Position numbers and translations under genes: made by a program. DNA of 64,000 bases from Candidatus Bathyarchaeota archaeon. Lineage in GTDB: Archaea > Thermoproteota > Bathyarchaeia > Bathyarchaeales > Bathycorpusculaceae. Under the pieces are notes generated by a model that worked only from the letters and a program-made list of their open reading frames with translations, did not search any database and was not told where the DNA came from. This document shows, one piece after another, positions 49,649 through 60,131 of the stretch (position 1 is its first letter; each line of letters begins with the position of its first letter). The DNA lies in the NCBI GenBank assembly GCA_963782525.1, contig CAWAKC010000009.1, forward strand, positions 160,001 through 224,000, read 5' to 3'.

Positions 49649-50375
49649 ATGCGAACACAAGTTGCTTTGCTACTCATTTTTGTTTTGTTTGCGTCGGGGT
49701 TGATTTTGGTTAAACCTGTATCTACTCAAACTATCCCCTCGGTTCCAGAGTTCACCCTTAAACTTGAAGTTGACACCCACGACGTTGTGAATGAATCAGG
49801 CACTTTTCACATAGAAGTAAGATTCGTTGACGTCGTCATCAAAAACACCACGTCATATTCATTCTACGCTGTCGTTAATGACAGCATCGTAAAATTATAC
49901 TACAATATCCACGTAAAGGGGTATACGCAAGATTGGGCAGATGCAATCATCTCCGGAAACCTTGCGCCACAAAATAACGGAACAACAGTGAAATTTGGGC
50001 TCGGCAACAACAACCCCGACCCAGGCGGCTGGAGCATCTGGCTCGACGGAATAGCTAACGAAAGCCAATTAGATTTTCAAGTCCGAGCCGTCAACGGTTT
50101 CTACACGCAAATCGCAGGGACAAGCCTCAACTGCTGGAGAAACCCAAACTTCAGCATCTTCAACGAAACAGGCAGAAGTGCATGGAGCGAAACACAAACA
50201 ATAACCATTCCGAACGGTTCAGCCTTTGAGTCTGTAACTTCAACTCCAACAGGGATATTTTCTAGCTAATTTGCTTCTGCCAGTGAGCATAGTTGTTGCC
50301 GCAAGTGTAATAGCGTTCCTCGTAAGCGCACTAACATACCTTATAAAGCACGGAAAAACAAAGCAGAGTCTCTAG
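49649..50375 (+). pseudogene. Surface protein (PSVPEFT family paralog), frameshifted at GGG 50252-50254 before its TM anchor
   Basis: ORF ends GIFSS*; removing one G gives GYFLANLLLPVSIVVAASVIAFLVSALTYLIKHGK... to a stop at 50375. Confidence 0.75.
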
Positions 50376-50605
50376 CTGACCCTTCGCCTGCCCAATACAG
50401 AAAAACAACATTTTATTAGCCAAAACCCCTCAACGCAGCCTACAAAAATATTATTTGGAGATAAATGTTTATTCGGAAATTTCTTTGAATGTTACGGTGG
50501 TTTCTCGCGGTATCGTTTTTTGTGTTATCTGGTATTTTTTCTTCTTTTTATTTGTCATAGACAAGCTTAAGATTGGATTAACGCTTTATATCTTGTGTTT
50601 TTCTG

Positions 50606-51169
50606 TTAGGATTTGTAAAGCTTGGGGTCCAGGAGTGCAAAGTTGTTGCCGCCAGCATGGTAGAGCAAGCGGGCTTTTTTGAGGTCGTAGCCGGCTTCGG
50701 AAAAGACACCTATGTCTGCATATGCTTCAAGGATTTTGCCGACGAAAATGGTGTGGTCGCCTGTAGTGAATTGTCCGTCCACTTCACACTCTAAATGAGC
50801 GATACATTCGCGGATTGCTGGCGCCTTAATTTTTTTGCCGGGCAGTTGGGTAAGGTTGGCTTTTTTGAATTTCTCAAAGCTTCTGCCTGTTAAGGAGCCG
50901 CATGAATAAACTGCTTGGAGGATTTCCATTGTTGGGATGTTTACCGTGAATTCACCTGATTCTTCGATTAGGGTGTGGCTGTGGCGGGTGGGTGCAAGGC
51001 TGATGGCGAGGAGCGGGGGGTTGATTGAGGTCGGCATCGCCCAAGCGACCGTGGTTACATTGGGTTTGTTGGCTTTTCCAATGCAGGAAACCAGAACGGT
51101 GTGCATGGGGTGAAGAAGCCGGTAAGCTGAGTTGATGTTAACTTGAGTTTTTGCTGACACATAAACCAC
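50606..51169 (-). CDS. Flavin reductase-like (DIM6/NTAB family) protein
   Basis: YRLLHP, SGEFTVN, GSLTGR, HLECE, GDHTIFVG. Confidence 0.9.
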   Translation of the reverse strand: MVYVSAKTQVNINSAYRLLHPMHTVLVSCIGKANKPNVTTVAWAMPTSINPPLLAISLAPTRHSHTLIEESGEFTVNIPTMEILQAVYSCGSLTGRSFEKFKKANLTQLPGKKIKAPAIRECIAHLECEVDGQFTTGDHTIFVGKILEAYADIGVFSEAGYDLKKARLLYHAGGNNFALLDPKLYKS

Positions 51170-51239
51170 CTTTATAAACAGAAAGATGGTGTTTGCCGAG
51201 TTTATTTCTCTTTCTTTATTTCAAAATGTGATTTTCGAG

Positions 51240-52010
51240 TTAAACTTGCGGCACTGCTTCTGAAGGCGCTTTTGAATCCGATTTAGGTTTACGAAGTTGA
51301 GACCGCAAATCAATAACTGTCGTTCCTGCGAACTTGTCAAAGTACCTCATGAATGCGGTATTTTTAATACGCCAACCTATAAGCAAGTCAAAAGGCAGCA
51401 ACGGCAATACTTTGCCAAAGTTCCGTACAGCAGCATGGTCGTAGGACATTTTTTTGCCGTCGGTTCTGACCACCTTTAAACCTATGACACGTTTGCCTAT
51501 GCTTTGACCGTTGAATCCTTCAAGTAAAGTGGAGTAGAGCCAAAGAAGCCCAATGGTAATGAACAATAATGCGCTTATTCTGTTACTTAAGAAACCGGGA
51601 GTAGAAATCGAAAGGATGTCTGGTAAGAATGTGATTGCCGCCGTAATTGCAAAAATTAATGCAAAATCAAATAAGAATGCAATAGCTCGGTTTCTGAAAG
51701 ATGCAAGCGGAAGTGTACTTGCCTTACCTTGGACATCAGCGACTTCAGCCCAACCTTCAACATCGTGAATAACTCGGACTGCACTTTCGCCTGCTCTGCT
51801 TAATTTGTATTTGCCACTGGATGTTTGCTCTATGAACGGTGACAGCGCTCGGAGGTGAAAGCTAAGCTTTCCAGTATCCACCTTCAGCAGATTTAGCAAG
51901 TCAGTAAAAGATGACTCGCCGTTATCGCTAAGGTCCAGTAATATTTCCCTTCGCAACGGATGCGAAAGGACCGAAAGTATCTTCGAGACGTTTCCTTGAT
52001 CTACTGACAT
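51240..52010 (-). CDS. wHTH-RDD fusion membrane protein
   Basis: LSHPLRREIL..GKLSFHL wHTH; R..AFLFD, GQSIGK..GLKVV, RN, DKFAGT of the RDD family. Confidence 0.85.
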   Translation of the reverse strand: MSVDQGNVSKILSVLSHPLRREILLDLSDNGESSFTDLLNLLKVDTGKLSFHLRALSPFIEQTSSGKYKLSRAGESAVRVIHDVEGWAEVADVQGKASTLPLASFRNRAIAFLFDFALIFAITAAITFLPDILSISTPGFLSNRISALLFITIGLLWLYSTLLEGFNGQSIGKRVIGLKVVRTDGKKMSYDHAAVRNFGKVLPLLPFDLLIGWRIKNTAFMRYFDKFAGTTVIDLRSQLRKPKSDSKAPSEAVPQV

Positions 52011-52172
52011 ATTTCAAAACCAATCGCTTAGTAATCAATAATAATTCATGGGTGAACGGTTTTGGCATATAGCCCATTAAAAACCACTTCTCACATATAA
52101 GTTCCACTCAAAAAAAGTCCATTAAAATAAGACCTAGTTTTAATAGCTAAAAAATGCCTATTTAACAATTAT

Positions 52173-53072
52173 ATGTCAAGCGCTGAAGTAGCCGTCCGCG
52201 TATTCAAAGAACTGGAAATTGAAGACTTCCGAATCCTCAACATTATCGAGGCAGGTATGAGCAAACATGAATTTGTCCCCAAAGAACAAATCCAGAGATA
52301 TTCCAAATTGCCTATGGACCGTATAAACTTCACTTTGGGCAAACTAAACAAGTTGGGCTTGACGTATCGAACAAAAGAAACATACAACGGACACACCCTA
52401 AATTACGCAGGATACGACTGCCTCGCCATAAATGCACTTGTTAAAGCAGGGATAATTGAATCGTTTGGGCAATCTTTAGGAGTTGGAAAAGAAGCAGACG
52501 TCTATGACGCATTAAACGCAGATGGTAAACGCATAGCCGTCAAATTTCATCGATTGGGCAGGATAAGTTTTAGGCAAACAAGACGCACAAGAGGGTACAC
52601 ACGAGAACACTCCACATGGCTTTTTCAATCGCATGTCGCAGCGGAAAAAGAGTTCCAAGCCATGATGTTGGCGTATGATAACGGTGTTTCTGTTCCAGAG
52701 CCTATCAGCCAAAATCGCCATGTCGTTGCTATGGGAATGATTGAGGGCGCCCAACTTTCAAAGTACAAAGACATAGGAAATCCAGAGAAAGTTCTAAAAG
52801 AAATATTGCGCAACCTCAGAAAAGCTTACCTTAAAGCCCACCTTATTCACGCCGACATCAGCGACTACAACATCATTCTAAAGCCAGACGGTCACATTCT
52901 TATCATTGATTGGCCTCAAGCAGTTAAAACCGATCATGCTAACGCGGCGGAACTGCTGGATAGAGATATTAAAAATGTGCTGACTTTTTTCAGCCGCAAG
53001 TTTAGCGTAGATTTAGCTGCAGAAACAGCCTGCAAGTATGTTACCGGAAAAGCCCGAAGCTTTACGTTTTAG
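52173..53072 (+). CDS. rio2: RIO2 atypical protein kinase
   Basis: N-terminal wHTH, GYDCLA, GVGKEADVY, KFHRLGR, HADISDYN, IDWPQ. Confidence 0.94.
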   Translation: MSSAEVAVRVFKELEIEDFRILNIIEAGMSKHEFVPKEQIQRYSKLPMDRINFTLGKLNKLGLTYRTKETYNGHTLNYAGYDCLAINALVKAGIIESFGQSLGVGKEADVYDALNADGKRIAVKFHRLGRISFRQTRRTRGYTREHSTWLFQSHVAAEKEFQAMMLAYDNGVSVPEPISQNRHVVAMGMIEGAQLSKYKDIGNPEKVLKEILRNLRKAYLKAHLIHADISDYNIILKPDGHILIIDWPQAVKTDHANAAELLDRDIKNVLTFFSRKFSVDLAAETACKYVTGKARSFTF

Positions 53073-53317
53073 TGCTTGTTGGGATCCATAACTATGTAGA
53101 GTATGTTGTTTCCCCTTAGCAACACGTTTCCATAGTTAGTCATTAATTGGTCTTCTTTGAATTCTGTGGCGCCTTCCAAGAGAATGTTCATGTGGCCATC
53201 GCATTTTATCATTTTTCCCTTGTATTCATAGCCGTTTTTCAGAACAACTTCGATATTGCCATGCAATTGTTTAATGAGAACGTTTAGTGGTTTTTTACTT
53301 GGTTCCATCATCGTCAT
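53069..53317 (-). CDS. Sm/Lsm RNA-binding protein
   Basis: VVLKNG..YKG..DGHMNILL, LLRGNNI; start set to ATG 53317. Confidence 0.92.
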   Translation of the reverse strand: MTMMEPSKKPLNVLIKQLHGNIEVVLKNGYEYKGKMIKCDGHMNILLEGATEFKEDQLMTNYGNVLLRGNNILYIVMDPNKH

Positions 53318-53533
53318 TTTTGGGTCCCTGTCTATTCTTGTTAATATGCAAGAACTCCATACCAAATATAAAAGTCTTATGAAAACGCTCAAACGATAAA
53401 TAAACAAAAAATGGATAAAAAAGGTGGAGAAGGCTTTATTTGAGAGAAATAGCCATAAAACTTGTCCTTTTTGAATCTTGAAAAAGGGTAACTAAGTAAG
53501 TAACTTAAAAAAAGGAAGTGGAAATTTGCGAAA

Positions 53534-53785
53534 CTACAACTTAGTCAATATCGACAACGCTGCAACGACGAGAAAAGCTATACCTGTCCAGAACAAATCG
53601 CCCGTGAGGAAATAGACAACGATGGCTGCTAGAATTGCGGGGATGAGTACAAGGAATATTTTGATAAGAACGATGATTATCAAACCAATTATTACCAGTA
53701 CGATAAGGAAAGTGAGGTCTAACCCACCAAGCCCTAAACTGCTCAAGATAGAGTAGATAAAAGCCATTGCAATTGCGAAATTCAT
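53534..53785 (-). CDS. Small hydrophobic membrane protein
   Basis: Almost entirely hydrophobic ORF; GAGG upstream. Confidence 0.65.
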   Translation of the reverse strand: MNFAIAMAFIYSILSSLGLGGLDLTFLIVLVIIGLIIIVLIKIFLVLIPAILAAIVVYFLTGDLFWTGIAFLVVAALSILTKL

Positions 53786-53847
53786 TAAAACTCCTCATAA
53801 AAAATTAGGGCAACTAGGTAATAAGCCTTATCCAAAGTAGTATAACG

Positions 53848-54366
53848 CTAAATTTTAGCGCTCATTTTTGATTTGATTTTTGGAAGAACTTCTTTTTGGA
53901 ACTGAACCATACCAAACGCCGTTATTCTAAATCGCTCGTCAGCCGTCTTAGCCGCAAAATCGGATTTGACAAATTCGCCCAGTCTAGTACTGGTTATTTT
54001 GCCGCTTTTCCCCAATTTAGTCTGCAACTCTTCCTTTGACAAAGAATCACAATTAGCTAAACCAAGCTTATGCCCCAAATAATAGCCTGCAAACCAAACC
54101 AACAAAGTCTCATTATCTGTCAACTTGTTCGTGGGCACCAACAAACTTACGCCGTCCCCAGAAAAAGCCACGATACCGTTAAGGTCGTTAGCAAGCTGCG
54201 TAATATCCACGTTCAGCCAGAGTTTTTGTGCAATCGCAAAAGAAGGAATCATATCATTAAAGAAGTCGTTTAAGAGTAACCATGCTTCTTGTGGGTCAGC
54301 GGAAAACTGCTGCTCAACACCTTTGTACTTTATTTGAACTTGGATTTTTTCGGGTTTAACGCTCAC
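53848..54366 (-). CDS. Hypothetical protein with probable C-terminal wHTH
   Basis: Overlaps upstream ORF by 11 nt; STRLGE..FRIT..G wing-like motif. Confidence 0.7.
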   Translation of the reverse strand: MSVKPEKIQVQIKYKGVEQQFSADPQEAWLLLNDFFNDMIPSFAIAQKLWLNVDITQLANDLNGIVAFSGDGVSLLVPTNKLTDNETLLVWFAGYYLGHKLGLANCDSLSKEELQTKLGKSGKITSTRLGEFVKSDFAAKTADERFRITAFGMVQFQKEVLPKIKSKMSAKI

Positions 54367-54832
54367 TCATCTTGCCCCTAAGCTTGGAGAGAACATCATC
54401 CTCAACCCATTTCTCCCCTTGAATTGTCAGTTTGAATTCTGGTTTGTTTGGGTCGGGTTTGAAGACTTGGCCGTGTTTGGTCATTTCGTTGAGGCGTGCA
54501 GGCACCATGCTTTTTATGCCGCTGGATTCCAAGAGTTTCTGGACTTGCGCAGCGGTGTTTCTTCTCTCTTCTGAAGCGTACAGCACTAAGCCGACGGCTT
54601 CATAGTGTGTGAGGTTTTCACGTGTTACAATAACGGGGCCTTCGGTTGTGGGTTCGATGATGCCTTTTAGTTGGGCTCCTGACGACGTTAAGCGGTTGGA
54701 GACAAAATCTGAGAGTTTCTCCACAAAGTTCTCTGGAATACTTTCAAGCATGTTCATAATGTCTTGGGGGTTTTCGCCTTCGATGACGACTTCGCCGAAC
54801 TGGGTTTTAATGTGTGCTTCGATGCGTTTCAT
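54356..54832 (-). CDS. Hypothetical protein with probable C-terminal wHTH
   Basis: PARLNE..FKLT.QG motif; similar layout to its neighbour. Confidence 0.7.
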   Translation of the reverse strand: MKRIEAHIKTQFGEVVIEGENPQDIMNMLESIPENFVEKLSDFVSNRLTSSGAQLKGIIEPTTEGPVIVTRENLTHYEAVGLVLYASEERRNTAAQVQKLLESSGIKSMVPARLNEMTKHGQVFKPDPNKPEFKLTIQGEKWVEDDVLSKLRGKMSER

Positions 54833-54912
54833 AAGCTATCCTCGTTTACATGCTATACTCTAAGTATCAATTTAGGATTTGTGGCTAATATCTTCTTTTA
54901 ACATGAAAAAAG

Positions 54913-56811
54913 CTATTTTAGCCGTTCCCGCAAAAGTTTACTTACCAATTCGGGATTGGCTTTTCCCCGGACCTCTTTCATTGCCGCACCCATAAGCATG
55001 CCCTGAACGTTCTTGCCTAATTTTTCGATTTGTGATTTGTTGGCGGCGATTATGCGGTCGATGATTGGCGATAAGTCAGCTTCAGTAAACATTTTCAAAC
55101 CCAAGGCTGCTATTGCATCTTGCACGGTTTTATCTTCATTCTTAGATAGCCAACTGAACAATTCAGCTAATGCTTCTTTGGCGAGTTCTCCTGAGCCCAC
55201 GGATTTGAAGATTGCGCTGATACGGTCATCTGTCACGTTTTCGGTTTGAATGCCTTCTCGTTTGAGTGCTTTGACTGTTTCGGTGAGGAATGCTGCAACG
55301 GTGGAAGCTGCGACTCCGCTAGTTTTGGCGGTTTCTTCAAAGAGGAGTATGTATTCGGAGTCTATGAGTTGTTTGGCTAATTTTTCGTTTAATCCGTACT
55401 GTTTTATGAGGCGCGTAAGCTTTTTGTCGGCAGGTTCGGGCAGATGCGAACTCACCTTTGCTATGATCTGTTCCGTTATCGTTTGGGCAGGAATGTCGGT
55501 TTCGGGGTACATTCTTGCGGCGCCTGGACGTGGGCGCATATATCGTGTGGTTCCGTCGTCTTTGGCGGTTCGGGTTTCCGCAGGGATGCCAGTACAGGCT
55601 TCTTGCGCCCGTTCCACAACTGCTTTGAGGGCGTCTTGGGTGTTTTCTGTTATATCGGCAACAAACACCACTGCGTCGGTTTCTGTGGCTCCGATTGTTT
55701 TCTGCACAGCTTCGACTTCTACAAACGTGATTCCATAGTTGGAGAGTGTTTCGTCAGTGTGGAATATTCCGCCGACTCTGCCCCAGAATTTAGCGCGGTC
55801 AGACAGCTCTGAGCCTAAACGGAAATTTGGCATCAATTCACGCCCAGTTAAGCCTGCGAAACCTGAAAGTTTGACAGCTAAGACTTTATAGTTTTTGTCG
55901 ACTGCTTTGCGGATAACTTTGCTTTTAGTGTCTTTGAAGATGGCTGTAACATCGATGAATTCCATTTTAAGCGATTCTGGTTTAATACCGCGTTTAGCAA
56001 GCTCCTCTTTAATCTCGATTAATCCAAGCTGACGCTGAACCTCATATTCGACGACAGTAGAAATCAACTCAAGTTCCTGAACACCTTTGATCTCAATCAA
56101 CGCACCATTTGGCAAAGACACGTTGAGGTCCTGACGAATCGTACCCAAGCCCCGCATTACTTTTCCTGTGTCACGGAGAATTCTGCCGATGGCGAACGCA
56201 ACTTCCTGAGCTTCGCTCGGCGAATAAATCACGGGTGCAGTCGCAACTTCTATGAGCGGGATTCCTAAGCGATCGATGCGGTAGCGGATGGTTTTGCCTT
56301 CATCTTGAGTTCCTGTTTTTCGTGCGGCATCTTCTTCGAGGCTAACAGCTTGCATGGGGATGATTTTTTCGCCGACCTTAATCCAACCATCCAAAGCTAT
56401 AATGCAGGTGCGCTGGAAACCTGTGGTATTTGAGCCGTCAATAACCGTTTTTCTCATCACATGGACTTCGTCGACAGGCTGCATGTTCATCATAAGCGAA
56501 GCCGTCAAAACCACTTCAACCGCTTCTAAATTGATAGGATGCGGCGGCTCCTCATCCATCTCAACAAGACAGCTACTTTTCCGGTTAGCTTCATAGAGAA
56601 TTTTCACGCCTTTCTGGAACTCAAAAAAAGCCGCTGGGTCAATCTGTCCAAGTTCGCTTTGGGTTGGCCTGAGTCGACGTAGGAATGTGATTTCGGGGTC
56701 TTCTTTGAAGAGTTCAGGTGGGCAACTGCAGAAGAGTTTGCTTTTGACGTTGAGTTGCTGATGGATTTCTAATCCAACTTTCAAGCCGACTTTTGCATAG
56801 TCGATGGTCAT
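54913..56811 (-). CDS. gatE: Glu-tRNA(Gln) amidotransferase subunit E
   Basis: GLEIHQQL, RPTQSELG, IDGSNTTGFQRT, RGLGTIRQDLN, RMYPETD. Confidence 0.97.
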   Translation of the reverse strand: MTIDYAKVGLKVGLEIHQQLNVKSKLFCSCPPELFKEDPEITFLRRLRPTQSELGQIDPAAFFEFQKGVKILYEANRKSSCLVEMDEEPPHPINLEAVEVVLTASLMMNMQPVDEVHVMRKTVIDGSNTTGFQRTCIIALDGWIKVGEKIIPMQAVSLEEDAARKTGTQDEGKTIRYRIDRLGIPLIEVATAPVIYSPSEAQEVAFAIGRILRDTGKVMRGLGTIRQDLNVSLPNGALIEIKGVQELELISTVVEYEVQRQLGLIEIKEELAKRGIKPESLKMEFIDVTAIFKDTKSKVIRKAVDKNYKVLAVKLSGFAGLTGRELMPNFRLGSELSDRAKFWGRVGGIFHTDETLSNYGITFVEVEAVQKTIGATETDAVVFVADITENTQDALKAVVERAQEACTGIPAETRTAKDDGTTRYMRPRPGAARMYPETDIPAQTITEQIIAKVSSHLPEPADKKLTRLIKQYGLNEKLAKQLIDSEYILLFEETAKTSGVAASTVAAFLTETVKALKREGIQTENVTDDRISAIFKSVGSGELAKEALAELFSWLSKNEDKTVQDAIAALGLKMFTEADLSPIIDRIIAANKSQIEKLGKNVQGMLMGAAMKEVRGKANPELVSKLLRERLK

Positions 56812-56812
56812 T

Positions 56813-58153
56813 TTATTGTGCTCCTTCAAAGATTTTGTCTTGCGGAAGCGTTCGCGGCAAATATTCGCCTGCAATGTTAGTTTTCAGTAGCTTGATGGCT
56901 TCTTTGGGGTCACTGGTTTGGCCGAGAGCCCACATTAGTTTAACGAGTCCTGTTTCGGGGAACATGTCATCAAGTGGCACGACGCCGAACGATAAGAGGT
57001 CGCGTCCTGTGTCGTAGACGTTCATGTTTACGCGTCCCCATATGCATTGGGAAGCCAACGCAACTACCACGCCCTTCGCCACCGCATTCTTGATTGCGTC
57101 AAAGCAGAATTTGCTGACATGTCCTAAACCTGACCCTTCGAGCAAAATTCCTTTGAAGCCTTTTTCAACATAAAAGTCGATGATTTCTGGGTCAATTCCA
57201 GGATAGAACTTGACGAGCGCCACTTTGTCGCTGAAATTTGGCTTTAATACGAGTTTTTTCTTGGGGTCTCGGCGCTGGTACTGGTCAGTTTCCATGGTGA
57301 CTTGCAAGTTTTTGACTTTGGCGATGGGGAAGCCGTTGATGGATTTGAAGGTGTCTCGGCGGCTGGTGTGGCACTTGCGAACTTTGGCGCCCCTGTGCAC
57401 GATGATCGCGATATCTGAGATGGTTTCATGCATGGCTAAGCCTACTTCGGCGAACGGTGCTTCTCCAGCGGCTTTAACTGCGCCAATAAGGTTTGTGGCT
57501 GCGTCGCTGCTGGGGCGGTCAGACGAACGCTGTGCACCTACAACGATAACTGGGACAGGCAAATTCTGCAAAGCAAAGCTCAACGCGGCTGACGTGTAAG
57601 CCATCGTGTCTGTGCCGTGTGCTATTACTATGCCGTCGACGCCTTGTTCGATGCGTTCGGCAACTTTTTGGGCGAGTTCGCACCAGTTTTTCTGGGTGAG
57701 GTTTTCGCTGTAAATACTGTAAACGATTTCTGTGTCAACTTGGGCGACGTCAGCGAGTTCTGGGACTACTCCGTAGAGGTCGCTGGCTGAAATTGCTGAG
57801 CGCACAGCTCCTGTGCGGTAGTCTACTCGGCTTGCGATAGTTCCGCCTGTACTCATGATGACGACATGGGGCAGTTCTGGGTTCTGTTTTGGGATTGGCG
57901 GCGACGCAAATGTTGGTTTGTTTCCTTTGCCGATTTTTTCGACTTTCACGTCGGTGGCGGCTTGGATGCCGATGTTGTAGCCGCTCTTCATCTTGATGAT
58001 AATTGCTGTGCCTTCGCCTGAACGGGGAATCAATATGCCCTCGTAGGTTTTTCCTTTACTTGTAACTTTGAGGATGTCTCCGACGTTGCAGTCAGCTTGT
58101 CTTAGCAAACGCAACGCTTCGCCCTTATAGCCTGAATCTTCAAGTTCACTCAA
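56813..58153 (-). CDS. gatD: Glu-tRNA(Gln) amidotransferase subunit D
   Basis: SGYNIG, TGGTIASRVDY, HGTDTM, QRSSDRPSSD. Confidence 0.97.
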   Translation of the reverse strand: MSELEDSGYKGEALRLLRQADCNVGDILKVTSKGKTYEGILIPRSGEGTAIIIKMKSGYNIGIQAATDVKVEKIGKGNKPTFASPPIPKQNPELPHVVIMSTGGTIASRVDYRTGAVRSAISASDLYGVVPELADVAQVDTEIVYSIYSENLTQKNWCELAQKVAERIEQGVDGIVIAHGTDTMAYTSAALSFALQNLPVPVIVVGAQRSSDRPSSDAATNLIGAVKAAGEAPFAEVGLAMHETISDIAIIVHRGAKVRKCHTSRRDTFKSINGFPIAKVKNLQVTMETDQYQRRDPKKKLVLKPNFSDKVALVKFYPGIDPEIIDFYVEKGFKGILLEGSGLGHVSKFCFDAIKNAVAKGVVVALASQCIWGRVNMNVYDTGRDLLSFGVVPLDDMFPETGLVKLMWALGQTSDPKEAIKLLKTNIAGEYLPRTLPQDKIFEGAQ

Positions 58154-59778
58154 CTTTGTAGCCTCTTTGAAACGTAAACTCCATCACGCTCGTACCCAAA
58201 ACGCATGTAATACCTTCTTGTTCCTAACGCACTGATAACTAAAAGCTTTTTCAAACCGAGCTCTTCGCTTGCTATGCGCTCTGCTTCTTTTAGCAGGATT
58301 TGTCCATAGCCCTTGTGCTGCCAAGCACCCTGGGTGTGTTTTCCGACGGGAACGAGTTGTCCGTAAACGTGGAGTTCCCGCACAATCGCTGAAGGCACGA
58401 CAGTGATTTCGGGCCTGTGAGCTTTTGCCGATGGAACACGCATACGCAAGTAACCCAATAATATGTTGTTTTCTGGGTCTTCTGCGGAAATGAAATATTC
58501 TTGACCTTCAGATGCGACGTAGTGTTGGGTTAAGATTTTGATTTTTTCCAAGTCAGGTTTCATATGGTCAACTGCTAGGCGATGCCCAACTTCTCGGCAG
58601 CGGATGCATTGGCATTGGCTGCCCTGCGCTTTTAGTTTGGTTTGAACGAGCTCTCGAACATCGCTCTTTTTTACGCCTGCTAAAATCAGTCGTGCCGGGA
58701 TGTCTCGTTGCACACGCATCACTCGTACCCAGTTTGGGATGTTTTTTTTGATTTCAGCAATTACGTTGGCGGCTTGTTCAGTTGTATAAGGTTCAAAGGT
58801 ACCTTTTTGGTACCATTCGTAGGCTTTTGTGCCAGCAATGGCAAGGCAGGGGTAAATTTTTATCATGTCAGGTTTAAAATCTGGATTGGAAAAAACTCGT
58901 TTGAACGCAACGATATCTTTTTCATGATTAGATCCAGGCATGCCGGGCATTAAGTGATAAACGATTTTTAGCCCAGCGTCTTTCGCAATTCGCGTTGCCT
59001 CAACCACATCTGCAACGGTGTGGGTTCTTCCGACAAGCCGGTAGATTTCGTCGTCAGGGTTCTGCACACCAAGTTCCACACGCGTGACACCCATTCCAAG
59101 CATGGCGTCGATGTGGGGTTGTTTTGCCCAGTCAGGGCGAGTTTCAACGGTTATGCCGACGTTACGCGTCTTGCTGAGTTCCGCGTTCATCTTTGCCTCT
59201 TCCAAATTCGCGGAGTTCTTGTCGGTTATTGCATCTAGGCAGCGCTCGATAAACCAGGTTTGGTATTCCATGGGTGTAGCTGGGAAGGTTCCGCCCATAA
59301 CGATTAACTCAACTTTATCAACTTTGTGACCGATAGCAGTGAGCTGGCGAATGCGGCTTTTAACTTGATCATAGGGGGCGAAGCTGTTCTGGCTTCCACG
59401 CAATGCAGCGGGTTCGTAGCCAGTGTAGCTTTGCGGAGAGCCCTTTGTTGGTCCTCCTGGGCAGTAAGCGCAGGGTTCTGGCTGCGGACAAGGATAAGGT
59501 TTCGTCATGACGGCGATAACTGTTACGCCGCTGATGGCGCGGGTATTTTTTCTTCTAATTATTGGTAAGAGCTTCTTTGATTCCAGCGGGGTCAAAGCAG
59601 CAATTAAATCGGCATTGGCTGGGACAGCGTCTAAATGGTACTTCGCTGCTACCTTGATTTTTAAGCGGTTAACATCCTCATGTGTAGGAGACTGCATAGA
59701 AAGTAGCGTTGCAATTATTTCTTTGAGGGCAACTTCGTTAGTCAAGGGGAAAGTACCAAACAAAGGTTGGACTGCCAA
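58150..59778 (-). CDS. elp3: tRNA uridine(34) carboxymethyltransferase Elp3 (radical SAM + KAT)
   Basis: CP..PCAYCPGG, SYTGYEP, MGGTF, ETRPD, RVQRDIP, RELHVYG, QHKGYG. Confidence 0.96.
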   Translation of the reverse strand: MAVQPLFGTFPLTNEVALKEIIATLLSMQSPTHEDVNRLKIKVAAKYHLDAVPANADLIAALTPLESKKLLPIIRRKNTRAISGVTVIAVMTKPYPCPQPEPCAYCPGGPTKGSPQSYTGYEPAALRGSQNSFAPYDQVKSRIRQLTAIGHKVDKVELIVMGGTFPATPMEYQTWFIERCLDAITDKNSANLEEAKMNAELSKTRNVGITVETRPDWAKQPHIDAMLGMGVTRVELGVQNPDDEIYRLVGRTHTVADVVEATRIAKDAGLKIVYHLMPGMPGSNHEKDIVAFKRVFSNPDFKPDMIKIYPCLAIAGTKAYEWYQKGTFEPYTTEQAANVIAEIKKNIPNWVRVMRVQRDIPARLILAGVKKSDVRELVQTKLKAQGSQCQCIRCREVGHRLAVDHMKPDLEKIKILTQHYVASEGQEYFISAEDPENNILLGYLRMRVPSAKAHRPEITVVPSAIVRELHVYGQLVPVGKHTQGAWQHKGYGQILLKEAERIASEELGLKKLLVISALGTRRYYMRFGYERDGVYVSKRLQS

Positions 59779-59817
59779 TAAATAAACTAAACTAACACAA
59801 AAATTAATTAAGCTTGT

Positions 59818-59979
59818 TTAGACCCAGTTTTGACCGGCTTTGCGCTGTAGAATCACACGCTTCTCATAATTTCGTCGAGTCCTAGTTTTTGGGCTCGGAG
59901 ATGTTCTTTCTTGAGCAGTGATTTTTGGCGTTTGAGAGCGGACTTTTCCGGCTTTTGAAAGTGAACCGTGAGTTGGCAT
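59818..59979 (-). CDS. rps30e: Ribosomal protein eS30 (not in ORF track)
   Basis: Translated manually: MPTHGSLSKAGKVRSQTPKI..., 53 aa. Confidence 0.96.
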   Translation of the reverse strand: MPTHGSLSKAGKVRSQTPKITAQERTSPSPKTRTRRNYEKRVILQRKAGQNWV

Positions 59980-60131
59980 ATTTTACACCTTTGGCACAAA
60001 TAACATGTATGTTGCACTTAAACCTTTAGCTACCTAAAACCCACATAAAATAAATGCGTTAGGCTTAGCTGCGATTTTTTTCTATAGCTCCTTTTTATAT
60101 ATTTGGATTGTGAATTTCTGAACTTTTCAGG

